Below the pieces are notes generated by a model. It did no database searches, was not told where the DNA came from, and was given only the letters and a program-made list of their open reading frames with translations. A stretch of 64,000 nucleotides of DNA from Promethearchaeota archaeon. Its GTDB lineage: Archaea > Asgardarchaeota > Hermodarchaeia > Hermodarchaeales > Hermodarchaeaceae. The stretch spans positions 18,622 to 82,621 of the forward strand of contig JBHLPR010000001.1 in NCBI GenBank assembly GCA_048939245.1, read 5' to 3'. Below, piece after piece: positions 9,816-18,969 of this stretch (its first letter is position 1; each line of letters begins with the position of its first letter). The position numbers were made by a program, and so were the translations under genes.

Positions 9816-10532
9816 CTAGGTGTCCTTTAGCATAATTTGTTTATCAGATTCAAAAAGCTCAGTCGCTGTCTTGACAACTTTTTCAAATTCTTCGGCAGGA
9901 AAGGCTTTCTCTTCTTCATCGCAAACGTGGATTTCAAGCATTTCTTCTCCAAGATAGAGAAAAGCACTGTAATAACCCCATGCAGACACTAAGACGAAGC
10001 TGAGGGAAGGTTCTTGGAGGTGGAGATGACCACCTCGGTAAGTTACAAAGAATTCATTGCCCTCCAATCCTCGACCACCATGTTCACGAATCGCACCATC
10101 AAGGGCAGTTAAAAAACGGGTAACTGAATTGAGTGAATAAAGAAGCCCATAATCCAGTGGCCAGCTGTAGACTTCTGCGGTAGTTGTTTCGGTTTCGATT
10201 GTTTCGCCTTCGTACTTGAATTTTACTCGGCGCTTCGAGGGACCTATTGTTGCCTCAGTTTTGGTTTTTAATTGGGTCGTCACTTCTTTTAATAAATCAA
10301 GTTGGGTTGTAATGACGGGAAGATCAATGTATGCCCACAAGGCTTTTCCTGTGGAGACAAAGAGATTCAACGTAAGTGGTTCAATGTTTTGTCCAGCGCT
10401 GATACTCATCTCAACCATTTCACCAAGGGGGTGCATGTGCACTTCCCATTTATCGGTTAAAGCTTGATGAATATTCGCTAGTAGTTTACCGGTTTTCCAG
10501 ACAAATAAGGGGCACTGGTAATTCTTAGCCAT
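9816..10532 (-). CDS. Hypothetical soluble protein
   Basis: The ORF is open to 10574, but the ATG at 10532 ('MAKNYQCPLF') is the more plausible start. No motif recognised. It sits 20 nt upstream of the next minus-strand gene. Confidence 0.5.
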   Translation of the reverse strand: MAKNYQCPLFVWKTGKLLANIHQALTDKWEVHMHPLGEMVEMSISAGQNIEPLTLNLFVSTGKALWAYIDLPVITTQLDLLKEVTTQLKTKTEATIGPSKRRVKFKYEGETIETETTTAEVYSWPLDYGLLYSLNSVTRFLTALDGAIREHGGRGLEGNEFFVTYRGGHLHLQEPSLSFVLVSAWGYYSAFLYLGEEMLEIHVCDEEEKAFPAEEFEKVVKTATELFESDKQIMLKDT

Positions 10533-10645
10533 TTTTACTCGCCTTGGGTGGATGTTCCTTCTGCAATTATTCAAATATGTTTCGAAATCGCAGTTCCAAC
10601 GAAAATCTGGTTATTCTATGTTATAACTGCTTGTTGAGTAGTCTG

Positions 10646-11266
10646 TTAGGTACTTTGGGAATGTGCTGCAATGAGATCTTCATGACTTTTGTTAAATCGT
10701 TTGACCAACTCTGCGATAACCCCATCTAGAAAGACTGCTGCTGCAATTTCAAATTGAGTGCCTTCAGGCGTAAGGCTTGCATCCTCGCCCTTCTCTTTTC
10801 TCGCAAGATCAATTTTGGTTCGTCCTTGGAGTTTAACTGCTAGGTCACTCATCCGTCCAATCCAACTCTCAGGGTAGCTAGTAATCGAGATGATATGCGG
10901 GTTCTGGTCAAGATAACTTTCAATAATGGCTTTTACAATTGATGTCCGTCCGCTCCCTGAGATAACGATGATAAGATCACCTTTATCAAGGTGTGGTACA
11001 GAGCGGCTATTTGTAATGAAATACACAGGGACGTTTAAGTGTTCCAAGCGGGTTTGAAACATCTGACCAACCATCGCGGACCGACCACTTCCAACCACAA
11101 ATATACAACCCCCTTTCCGTGCAGTATTTTCGATTGCATCGACAAACTGTTTTACGTTCTTGGTGTTTTTACGAAGAAAATCAATATTCATCTGAATATT
11201 ATCTGTGATTAACTGCATGGCTCGAAGAAATGTGCCATCTTTCTCGGTTCCCGCTTTCCTTGACAA
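10646..11266 (-). CDS. SIS-domain sugar-phosphate isomerase, 6-phospho-3-hexuloisomerase-like
   Basis: 'IFVVGSGRSAMVGQMFQTRLEHLNVPVYF', 'GDLIIVISGSGRTS' and 'TPEGTQFEIAAAVFLD' resemble archaeal PHI. Confidence 0.7.
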   Translation of the reverse strand: MSRKAGTEKDGTFLRAMQLITDNIQMNIDFLRKNTKNVKQFVDAIENTARKGGCIFVVGSGRSAMVGQMFQTRLEHLNVPVYFITNSRSVPHLDKGDLIIVISGSGRTSIVKAIIESYLDQNPHIISITSYPESWIGRMSDLAVKLQGRTKIDLARKEKGEDASLTPEGTQFEIAAAVFLDGVIAELVKRFNKSHEDLIAAHSQST

Positions 11267-11375
11267 GGGGACTAGTCACCGTTGCCCACAAAGATGTTAT
11301 TGTATAAAAGCGCTTGTCTTTTTGTGTTCTTTCAACTCATATTTTTGTTGAATTATGACCGAGAAAATAAGGAAT

Positions 11376-12179
11376 CTATTTTTTGAGAAGTGGTTGGAAA
11401 AATTTTCGGGTTGCCTCGATGAGTGTGTCATTGGAGAGTGTGATGCAAATTGGACTAATAACAATTTTCTTTTCTTTTGTCGCTAAATAGACATCACTTG
11501 TTCTTTGTGGTCTTGCTTTCTCTCTCCCATGTATCCAGTGATATTCCATTCCGTGAGGGTCGGTTCGTGGTTTTAATTTATTATTGAAGCGAACTCGTAA
11601 CGGTTTTGCTATCTTAATTGGAGTCTCTTCATCGACGTTTGCAGGAAAGCTGACATTGAAGAAATCAATGTCTTTGGGCAATCCATGAGTTAATACATGG
11701 TCAATAATCTCGTGAGCTCGTTTTGCTGCTTCTTGATAATTCGCACCCGAATCTCCAGGGATAAACCATGTGTTACTCGGTGTGTCGATTGAAAATGCAA
11801 TACTTGGTAGGTTCCAGAGTGCGGCTTCGATTGCGGCTCCTACAGTACCACTGGTTAGGATGCTATGGGTACTGACATTCAATCCTAAATTAGGACCTGA
11901 TATTACCAGATCAATTTCAGGGAAATACGTTCGGCACCAAGTTACAGCATCTCCCGGTGTTCCAGAGGTTTCAATGATGGGTTGATTTTCGATGGTTGGT
12001 CCTTCTGTAAATCTGATTGGTTCGTTGAATGAAATTGCCTTTGATATACCACTTTTTGGCTGGTTTGGAATCACGACTGTGAGTTCATAAAAGGGACCAA
12101 GGGTTTTAATGAAATATCGTAGTGCTGGTGAACGAGCACTATCATCATTAGTATAGAAGATATGTGGTCGATTTCTCAA
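11376..12179 (-). CDS. surE: 5'/3'-nucleotidase SurE
   Basis: 'IFYTNDDSARSP' (NDDG-type motif) and 'SGPNLGLNVSTHSILTSGTVGAAIEAAL'. Confidence 0.85.
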   Translation of the reverse strand: MRNRPHIFYTNDDSARSPALRYFIKTLGPFYELTVVIPNQPKSGISKAISFNEPIRFTEGPTIENQPIIETSGTPGDAVTWCRTYFPEIDLVISGPNLGLNVSTHSILTSGTVGAAIEAALWNLPSIAFSIDTPSNTWFIPGDSGANYQEAAKRAHEIIDHVLTHGLPKDIDFFNVSFPANVDEETPIKIAKPLRVRFNNKLKPRTDPHGMEYHWIHGREKARPQRTSDVYLATKEKKIVISPICITLSNDTLIEATRKFFQPLLKK

Positions 12180-12292
12180 TTTTGGTATAACTCCTATTTT
12201 TCTCTTCGTCGAAGTAGTGATAATGAAGGTCGAACTATTAAAAAAAGAGTATTAAGCTGTTACAATATCGCTTAGCAGGGAATTAAGAGTTC

Positions 12293-12916
12293 ATGGCGCA
12301 TTATTCAGGAATTGTTGAAAGAACAGAAATCAGTAACAAGATCTTGACCTGTTTGGCAAGGCACGTTGAGTCACAAATGTCTCCAGGTGAACTCGTTACC
12401 ATTATTCATTCAGGGAATAGTGACTATATTCGTCTAGTTCATATCCTGATGGCACAACTGCTTATACAGAATCGCTGGGTCTATGTGTTTGATTATCAAC
12501 GACGAATTAAAACGGTCTATTTACAACAGCTGCTGACTAAGCAAAAAGTGAGTCTTAGTAAGGTTCTTCGAAAATTTGTTCTTCGAGTCATTCTTGATGA
12601 AAACCATGGAATAGACGAGCTCCTGAGAATGCAACGGCGAAAACCGTCCAGAAAAAAACCACCTGCTTTTTTCATAATTGATCCTTCAGGCTTATTTGGC
12701 CGTCTTAGAGGCGGAGTAAAACAATCTGCGGAAGGGCTTCAATTCCAATATGATGCAGCTAGACTCTTTGCACAGAAGGGGTATTCTGTTGTGATATCTG
12801 ATTTCGGTGGTCGGCATTTTCATCGAGTTGAATCAGTGGTCCCAGCTCAATTGGCAGAAACATCGACTTTGGTTCTTCAGTTTCTACCAAGGCAGATTCT
12901 GTTGGCTCCAAGTTAA
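12293..12916 (+). CDS. RecA/RadB/KaiC-fold-like protein with degenerate nucleotide-binding motifs
   Basis: The layout follows RadB: 'GELVTIIHSGNSDYIRLVHILMAQLL' where the Walker A would be (no GKT/S), 'WVYVFD', and the Walker-B-like 'FFIIDPSGLF'. Confidence 0.35.
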   Translation: MAHYSGIVERTEISNKILTCLARHVESQMSPGELVTIIHSGNSDYIRLVHILMAQLLIQNRWVYVFDYQRRIKTVYLQQLLTKQKVSLSKVLRKFVLRVILDENHGIDELLRMQRRKPSRKKPPAFFIIDPSGLFGRLRGGVKQSAEGLQFQYDAARLFAQKGYSVVISDFGGRHFHRVESVVPAQLAETSTLVLQFLPRQILLAPS

Positions 12917-12920
12917 CAGG

Positions 12921-13964
12921 TTACAGCTTATCTTTAGTTGGTTTTCCGCATTGAGTGCAAAAAGTTAGGTCTGGTTCTAGTAGTTTTCCACAATATTGAC
13001 AGATGCTTTTTTCATCGTGGATTTCTCCTTCACTTGGAGCAGAGTCAAGATGTTGAGGAGGTTGATAAATTTGTACTTGGCGCATGTATTTTTGATGTTG
13101 TTTTTCCCGATAGGCGCCGCGAGCTCCTCCGAAAAATGCTACTGAAAAAAGTGGTATTAATGGTGCAACCATAGCTACTGGGATCTGAGTAAAAATACTT
13201 AGAATAATAGGGCCTGCGAAGCCAAGGGTTATTCCATACAGACCCACGATTGTATCAATATTCAGATAGATCGTTAAACCTAGAACCCCCGCGAATGTAA
13301 TCAAGACGTATCCCAAGATTAGAGTGCTTAAAATGCGTCCCCAATGCTGAACTCGCATACCAATACTAATAGTAAAAGATTTGGTTAGCGAAACTTGTCC
13401 AATAACCAGTATCATTGGGAGAAAAAAGAAGAGCAGTTGAAGAATCGTAACAAGAATCGGAATGACACTAGCAAGGGCTAGGATAATCGAGGTAATAAAG
13501 GCGGCAAGAATGGTTGAACCAATGGGAAACCGGACGTTGCGCTCATCAGCTAAAAGAGTGTGTAATGAAGATTCACTCTTGAAGAGATGATAAATGGAAA
13601 GCGTCCACAAAATAAAGGTCCCGAAGAATATCACGAACTTTTGTAGAAGACCCCAAGCCATACTCAAAATGAGAAGATCAAATAATAGAAAAAAATCGGG
13701 GACTGGGGCAAGAATTTCATTGGCAATCAAGGTATCAATTGTTGTGATTAACGAATCTACGGGGAGAAGAATGATTGATAAAATGAATCCGCCAATGAAA
13801 AATACCACAACGAGCCTTTGAAACTGTTGTTGTAACAGTAGAATACTGCGTTGGAATGCCGCACTAAAGGAAGCATTTGCTAACCAGTCTTTCCCTTTGA
13901 ATGGGGAGGGCTTCTTTGGTAAACTGGAGCTGATTGTAGCCTGTGCGTCTACAGGTTCTGACAT
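12921..13964 (-). CDS. Polytopic membrane protein with C-terminal zinc ribbon
   Basis: Six to eight TM helices. C-terminal 'CQYCGKLLEPDLTFCTQCGKP' (CxxC...CxxC). Confidence 0.6.
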   Translation of the reverse strand: MSEPVDAQATISSSLPKKPSPFKGKDWLANASFSAAFQRSILLLQQQFQRLVVVFFIGGFILSIILLPVDSLITTIDTLIANEILAPVPDFFLLFDLLILSMAWGLLQKFVIFFGTFILWTLSIYHLFKSESSLHTLLADERNVRFPIGSTILAAFITSIILALASVIPILVTILQLLFFFLPMILVIGQVSLTKSFTISIGMRVQHWGRILSTLILGYVLITFAGVLGLTIYLNIDTIVGLYGITLGFAGPIILSIFTQIPVAMVAPLIPLFSVAFFGGARGAYREKQHQKYMRQVQIYQPPQHLDSAPSEGEIHDEKSICQYCGKLLEPDLTFCTQCGKPTKDKL

Positions 13965-14081
13965 CTATCCGCCTCGTAATGGATTTAGTGGGTACTGCGA
14001 GTGGAACTATCTTAAACTTGATGGTAAGGTAAGTCTCTCTTGGGTAGCGAAAAATTCGCAATAGACTAAGATGCAGTGAAA

Positions 14082-14657
14082 TTATGATGCAAAGGACGAA
14101 TAAATGAAGGGATGTAGTTTTTCACGTAGTTCCGCCAGTCGATTATATATCAATAATCTCGTCACTTGGTCAAATAACTCTCCGACGTTTTCTCCGGATC
14201 GTGCAGAGGTTTCAAAGTAATTATCAAATTCCAAGTTTATGTGCCGCTGGTACGCTTCAGCCATCGAAATCACCCGTTTTGAAGCCAAGTCCACTTTATT
14301 CCCCACTAAAACACTGGGGGCTTCATCTGGTACTGCTTGTCGAAAGGCCTGTAACCATCCCTCAACATTGTCGAATGTTTCTGCACGTGTTAAATCAAAG
14401 CTGACGATTACCGCATCGCTGCCTAGTAAGAATAGCTTCCTAACACTTTCAAATCGAGGTTGACCTGCAAGGTCCCAAATAATTAAACGTATTAACACGT
14501 CCCCGACTACAATCTCCGAACAATTTAGCTGCGTCCCCAATGTCTGATGATATGAATGCTCAAAGGTTTTCGAAATGAAGCGGTTGATGATGCTGGTCTT
14601 ACCGACCATCGGGTCCCCAATGATTACTAACTTGAAAGTGTGTTCGTTCAGTGACAT
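14082..14657 (-). CDS. Ras-superfamily small GTPase, Rab/Ras-like
   Basis: G1 'GDPMVGKT', G3 'WDLAGQ', G4 'GNKVD', G5 'ETSA'. No C-terminal Cys. Confidence 0.9.
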   Translation of the reverse strand: MSLNEHTFKLVIIGDPMVGKTSIINRFISKTFEHSYHQTLGTQLNCSEIVVGDVLIRLIIWDLAGQPRFESVRKLFLLGSDAVIVSFDLTRAETFDNVEGWLQAFRQAVPDEAPSVLVGNKVDLASKRVISMAEAYQRHINLEFDNYFETSARSGENVGELFDQVTRLLIYNRLAELREKLHPFIYSSFAS

Positions 14658-14928
14658 GGGGATTCGCTCGCTGCTTTAGCATTCTTTTTCTAGTCGTCTG
14701 GAAAGGAAATTTAAATTATGTTAATACTGGTATGACAAAAATGATATTGCCTAAATGGCTTTTCCTCGCTTAATATCGGCATTTCCTGCTTTTCTATAGC
14801 ATATTTACTCCTCGACAGAAGGGATTTAGGATAAGTTAATGGCGCAACATCCCCGTTTAAGAAGTTGGGTTTATTGCTGCGATAGATTTAAGCTGAAAAA
14901 GTCGTAGTGCCTTGCAGGAGTTTCGATT

Positions 14929-16257
14929 GTGACTATCCAAATTGATGATGCTGGTTGGGGTGATCCGGTTGGTGGTGTACTAATTGGTGTTTATCGAGTC
15001 GAAACCAGCGAATATGTCGTCAAAGAGATTGAAGTCACTCATTTCCAAGAACTACATTTTGCAAACAAAACATTTCTCGCTCGCGGCCTAGAACTTGTTT
15101 TAGAAGCCCTCACGTGTTTGCAGGTTCCAAAAGCTGAAGCTATCCAAGTATGTCGAGGGGCAGTCCTGGATGAGGTTCGGGCTGGTCTCAAGGCTCGTGG
15201 GTTTAAAGTGATTCCAACAAAGATTGAAGGGCATCTACAGGAATTAGTTGAAGCTAATTTTGTGACCTCGTTAGAAAAACTTGGACTCCAGGATATTCCT
15301 CGGGTGAGTGGCAAAGAACGCTTCTTTCGTCAGCTTGAATGGATACAAGAGGATCTCCTAAAGCGTGAATGTTTTGCAAAAACAGGTTGGAAGAATTGGC
15401 CGAAGAGACTTCGGAATTGGCAACCGAGGTGGCGACAATCCCAACGAAGAAATCATGCTCCACCAATCATTGTCAAATTAGGTGGCAGCATTATTTCAGA
15501 TAAAACAAAGCGGTCGACTGCCCGACTAGCGACTATTAAATTATTAGCAAAGGAAATCACCGCAATAAAAAAGCATCCTATTGTGGTAGTGCATGGAGGT
15601 GGTTCCTTCGGGCATTTCCCCGCCAAGGAATATGAAATTCATCGGGGTGGACGGAGCCGGAAAAAGAAAGTAGGTCTAACTGAAACAGCACTGGAAATGA
15701 CAAATCTCGGCAAAATTATTCACCATGCTTTTTTGGAATTAAAGCAGCCAGTGATTCCTATTCGGTCATCTTCTGTTATTGTGGCGCTAGATGGTCGCAT
15801 CTCACATATGGACCTTCAAGCTTTACAGGAATTTATGCGGCAGGGCTTCATCCCCATACTTTCTGGTGATGTAGCAGCTGATACAGTTACAGGTTTTACG
15901 ATTGTAAGTGGAGATCAAATTTCGATGTATCTAGCTCGATTATTAGGTGCCCATAAAGTTATTTTCGCTACTGATGTTAGTGGCTTGTATACTGCTGATC
16001 CCAAAGAAAATCCACACGCCCAATTAATCGAAACAATAACTCCTGACACGTTGGATCAGGTACTTGATGAAATTGCCGTAGGAACAGCTTCAGAAGCTGC
16101 AGATGTAACGGAAGGTATGCGAGGAAAGCTCACTGAAATCTTCAAAGGTCTTCCAAAGGGTTGTGAAGTTATTATCACTGATATTCGGCCACCGGGAACC
16201 CTGGACCGTTTAATAATGGGAAAACCGGTACCTGCTACACGTCTTCGACACGATTAG
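14929..16257 (+). CDS. ipk: Fusion protein: unknown ~177-aa N-terminal domain + isopentenyl phosphate kinase (amino-acid-kinase fold)
   Basis: The C-terminal half (from about 15460) has 'IIVKLGGSIISDK', 'VVVHGGGSFGH' and 'GDQISMYLA', typical of IPK. The N-terminal half starts 'IQIDDAGWGDPVGGVLIGV'. GTG start. Confidence 0.75.
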   Translation: MTIQIDDAGWGDPVGGVLIGVYRVETSEYVVKEIEVTHFQELHFANKTFLARGLELVLEALTCLQVPKAEAIQVCRGAVLDEVRAGLKARGFKVIPTKIEGHLQELVEANFVTSLEKLGLQDIPRVSGKERFFRQLEWIQEDLLKRECFAKTGWKNWPKRLRNWQPRWRQSQRRNHAPPIIVKLGGSIISDKTKRSTARLATIKLLAKEITAIKKHPIVVVHGGGSFGHFPAKEYEIHRGGRSRKKKVGLTETALEMTNLGKIIHHAFLELKQPVIPIRSSSVIVALDGRISHMDLQALQEFMRQGFIPILSGDVAADTVTGFTIVSGDQISMYLARLLGAHKVIFATDVSGLYTADPKENPHAQLIETITPDTLDQVLDEIAVGTASEAADVTEGMRGKLTEIFKGLPKGCEVIITDIRPPGTLDRLIMGKPVPATRLRHD

Positions 16258-16337
16258 CCTTCTACCCAATTAATTAGGGAAAAGGTATAAACTCAGCCAC
16301 CTCTCAAAAAGTTTCGACTCAGAGGGTGAGTCTCCAA

Positions 16338-16994
16338 ATGTTCTCTTTCACTTATTTTGGGTACGCAGCGATTTTAGTTAATTTTGAGAAGCACATTCTT
16401 TTTGACCCAGGAATCATTGAAGGGGTTCCACTGATCGACATCGGGACGGTCCAAGCTTCCTATCTCCTTGTCACCCAAACACCGATTGAACATTTTGGAA
16501 ATGCTGTAGATTTTGCAAATGACAAAGGAAGCATTCTGGTTGGAAATAGCGCCGTGTGTCATCAAGCGCGACAAGAAGGCATCTATAGCTATGACCTCTT
16601 TGAAATTGATACAAGCAAACCACTCGATATTGGTGCTAATATCCAAATCATTGGATATCCTTTGCGTCGTGGCGGGTTTCTTGCACCAAAAAATACCGCA
16701 TTCTTGGTGAAAAGCAATCAGGGGTCAGTTCTACATTTAGGACATGCAAATGAATTAGGACCGCTTTCAAATTCAGAACCCGATTTGCTTTGTGTCTCAG
16801 TGGCGGGTAAGAAACGGGGAACCTTTTCACCCGTTGCCGCAGTTGAAACAACCCTTGCGATTCATCCCCGGTATGTATTACCAATCAGCGGGTCTTCTAC
16901 TCAAACCAAACAATTTCTGGGGCAGCTCGGACAAAAAGAAACGGATATCCACTCAATTGCTTTGAAAGCAGGCGAATCCTTCACACTGATATGA
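16338..16994 (+). CDS. Metallo-beta-lactamase-fold-like protein with degenerate metal motif
   Basis: 'FTYFGYAAILVNFEKHILFDPG' resembles UPF0173/MBL N-termini. The HxHxDH position reads 'VTQTPIEHFG'. The ORF is open from GTG 16326, but ATG 16338 follows the SD-like GAGGGTGA. Confidence 0.4.
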   Translation: MFSFTYFGYAAILVNFEKHILFDPGIIEGVPLIDIGTVQASYLLVTQTPIEHFGNAVDFANDKGSILVGNSAVCHQARQEGIYSYDLFEIDTSKPLDIGANIQIIGYPLRRGGFLAPKNTAFLVKSNQGSVLHLGHANELGPLSNSEPDLLCVSVAGKKRGTFSPVAAVETTLAIHPRYVLPISGSSTQTKQFLGQLGQKETDIHSIALKAGESFTLI

Positions 16995-17011
16995 ATCGGT
17001 ACGTCAGCCGG

Positions 17012-17860
17012 TCAAACCTGTAAGAGCCGTTTATACAGCTCAACACGTCGATCCTGAATGATGTGGTTTGTTTTAGTGAGAAATTTGTCTCGAGCCTGTT
17101 TAGGATCAATTTCCGCGATTATAAGTCCAGTTCTCTTCGTTCCGCTCCGTGAAATAATCTGACCCTGCGGGTTAGTAATCTGGCTCCGTCCAGTAAAGGT
17201 GAGGGTCCTCTCGGAACCAATACGATTTGCTAAAATAGTGAAAATCCGATTTTCAATGCTTCGTGCAATCATTGTCTTCTGCGCGTAAGGCAGGACCAGA
17301 TTGGCAGGCAAACACAACACCTCACAGCCCTCTAACATCAGAATTCGTGCTACTTCAGGGAATGCCCAATCAAAACAAATCAACACTCCGAGGTTTGCAG
17401 TGGGGATTTTCCATACTCTCGGAGGGTCATCTCCTGGATAAAACCACTCTTTTTCACGAGCGAAAAGATGTATTTTACGATATACTCCCAAATAGCCTTT
17501 GGGGCCCACAATGACTGCAGAATTATACACGTTATTATCCAGTCCAAGTTCTGCTATCCCTCCAACAATCGTCATCTGGTATTCTTGTGCTAATCTAATC
17601 CACAACTTGGATGTTTCTCCATCGGGAACTTCCTCAGCTAAGGAATGCACCTGCTTCTTTGAAGTGAAATTATAGCCAGTTGCACACAACTCTGGAAAGA
17701 CAACTAACTCGACTTCCTGAATCGCAGCTTTTTGGCAATAGTGCTGGAGGAGGGTGCGATTTTTTTCCGGTTGTGCAAATCGTGGATGCATCTGTGCTGC
17801 TGCCACCTTCACTCTGTTCACACTCGGTAATTGCTCTTCACAATAAGCATATTTCAGCAT
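17012..17860 (-). CDS. Carbon-nitrogen hydrolase (nitrilase superfamily)
   Basis: Glu-Lys-Cys triad contexts 'VVFPEL', 'YRKIHLF', 'LICFDWAFPE'. Confidence 0.9.
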   Translation of the reverse strand: MLKYAYCEEQLPSVNRVKVAAAQMHPRFAQPEKNRTLLQHYCQKAAIQEVELVVFPELCATGYNFTSKKQVHSLAEEVPDGETSKLWIRLAQEYQMTIVGGIAELGLDNNVYNSAVIVGPKGYLGVYRKIHLFAREKEWFYPGDDPPRVWKIPTANLGVLICFDWAFPEVARILMLEGCEVLCLPANLVLPYAQKTMIARSIENRIFTILANRIGSERTLTFTGRSQITNPQGQIISRSGTKRTGLIIAEIDPKQARDKFLTKTNHIIQDRRVELYKRLLQV

Positions 17861-18000
17861 TCCTACTTCAACTTATGTCAGGAACGCAAAGAATTCCCGT
17901 TTATAGGGTATTTTTTGGGCATTTCTTTGGTGTGGTTTTGGCGCTTTAAGTAGGGTAGTCTGGGGAGTTCATCAGTGGCTGACCAACGGAGACTAGGCTC

Positions 18001-18963
18001 TTGGACGCTGATTCCCGAATTCAATTAGAATTGGAGCATCTTCGCAGTATCAAAGGGGTTGATAATAGTTTTCTTGCTCAACGTGATGGTTATCCAATAG
18101 CCAGTGCTGGAGTATGGCTTTCACCTGATGAAATCTTTGGAATCTCCGCTGCAGCCTCAGCCATTTATGCTGTGGCCCGTCGGCTTCATCGTACACTCAA
18201 CTATGTGTTAGTTGAAGGAGATCAAGTAAAATTTCTTGTTGTGGCTTTTCCCGAAAATGAAGACTATTTTCTATCGCTTACCACCCGGACTCAAGCGAAT
18301 TTGGGTGTCATCCTTCAATCCCTGCAACAGTGCACTCCAAATATCAGTCCCCTTCTTTTTCAAGCGGGTACACTCCCTCCGCTTCGAAGTTATTCCAATA
18401 GACAAGAAGCTTCCATCCTGAATCGGTTTAAAGCACAGGAGAAGCCAATCCATTCGTCAAGTCCATCCATTCGTTCCCTCTCTCTTATCCTCACCGCACC
18501 CATGGTCATGAAGCTTCGAGCATTGTTGGCGGATTTTACCAACCTCTTGGGTGGCGCCCATCCCACTTTCATTTCTCTTCATGGTGGATACCCGATTGCT
18601 CCAAAAAATCATATGAGTCCTTCAACAAGTGGTATGAGCGCGTTTACCTTTGCTCTGTATGATACTTGTCGGAAAGTCGCTTGGATTACTAAACGAACAG
18701 TAATCAATCAAGTGATGGTTGATCTTGGACTACAACACCACTTCATCTATAATACGGGAACAAGCATTTTCAGCACAACACTCCAGAAGAGAAACTATCG
18801 TCTCGGGTACCTCCGTCTCCTTATTCCCACCTATACTGCTCGTATCGAAGAGACATTACAACAGGCTTCACACGTCATTGACCAGACATCGCTGAAGCAA
18901 CCAATGAATCGCTTTCTGAATGGGTTGTTCTCATCCTTCCAAACCTCAACTTTATCGGGTTGA
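18001..18963 (+). CDS. Tandem Roadblock/LC7-domain protein (two Roadblock-like halves in one chain)
   Basis: Half 1: 'LEHLRSIKGVDNSFLAQRDGYPIASAG...KFLVVAFPENEDYFLSLTT'. Half 2: 'LLGGAHPTFISLHGGYPIAPKN...HHFIYNTGTSIFSTTL'. TTG start preceded by 'ACGGAG'. Confidence 0.7.
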   Translation: MDADSRIQLELEHLRSIKGVDNSFLAQRDGYPIASAGVWLSPDEIFGISAAASAIYAVARRLHRTLNYVLVEGDQVKFLVVAFPENEDYFLSLTTRTQANLGVILQSLQQCTPNISPLLFQAGTLPPLRSYSNRQEASILNRFKAQEKPIHSSSPSIRSLSLILTAPMVMKLRALLADFTNLLGGAHPTFISLHGGYPIAPKNHMSPSTSGMSAFTFALYDTCRKVAWITKRTVINQVMVDLGLQHHFIYNTGTSIFSTTLQKRNYRLGYLRLLIPTYTARIEETLQQASHVIDQTSLKQPMNRFLNGLFSSFQTSTLSG

Positions 18964-18969
18964 TAGGAC

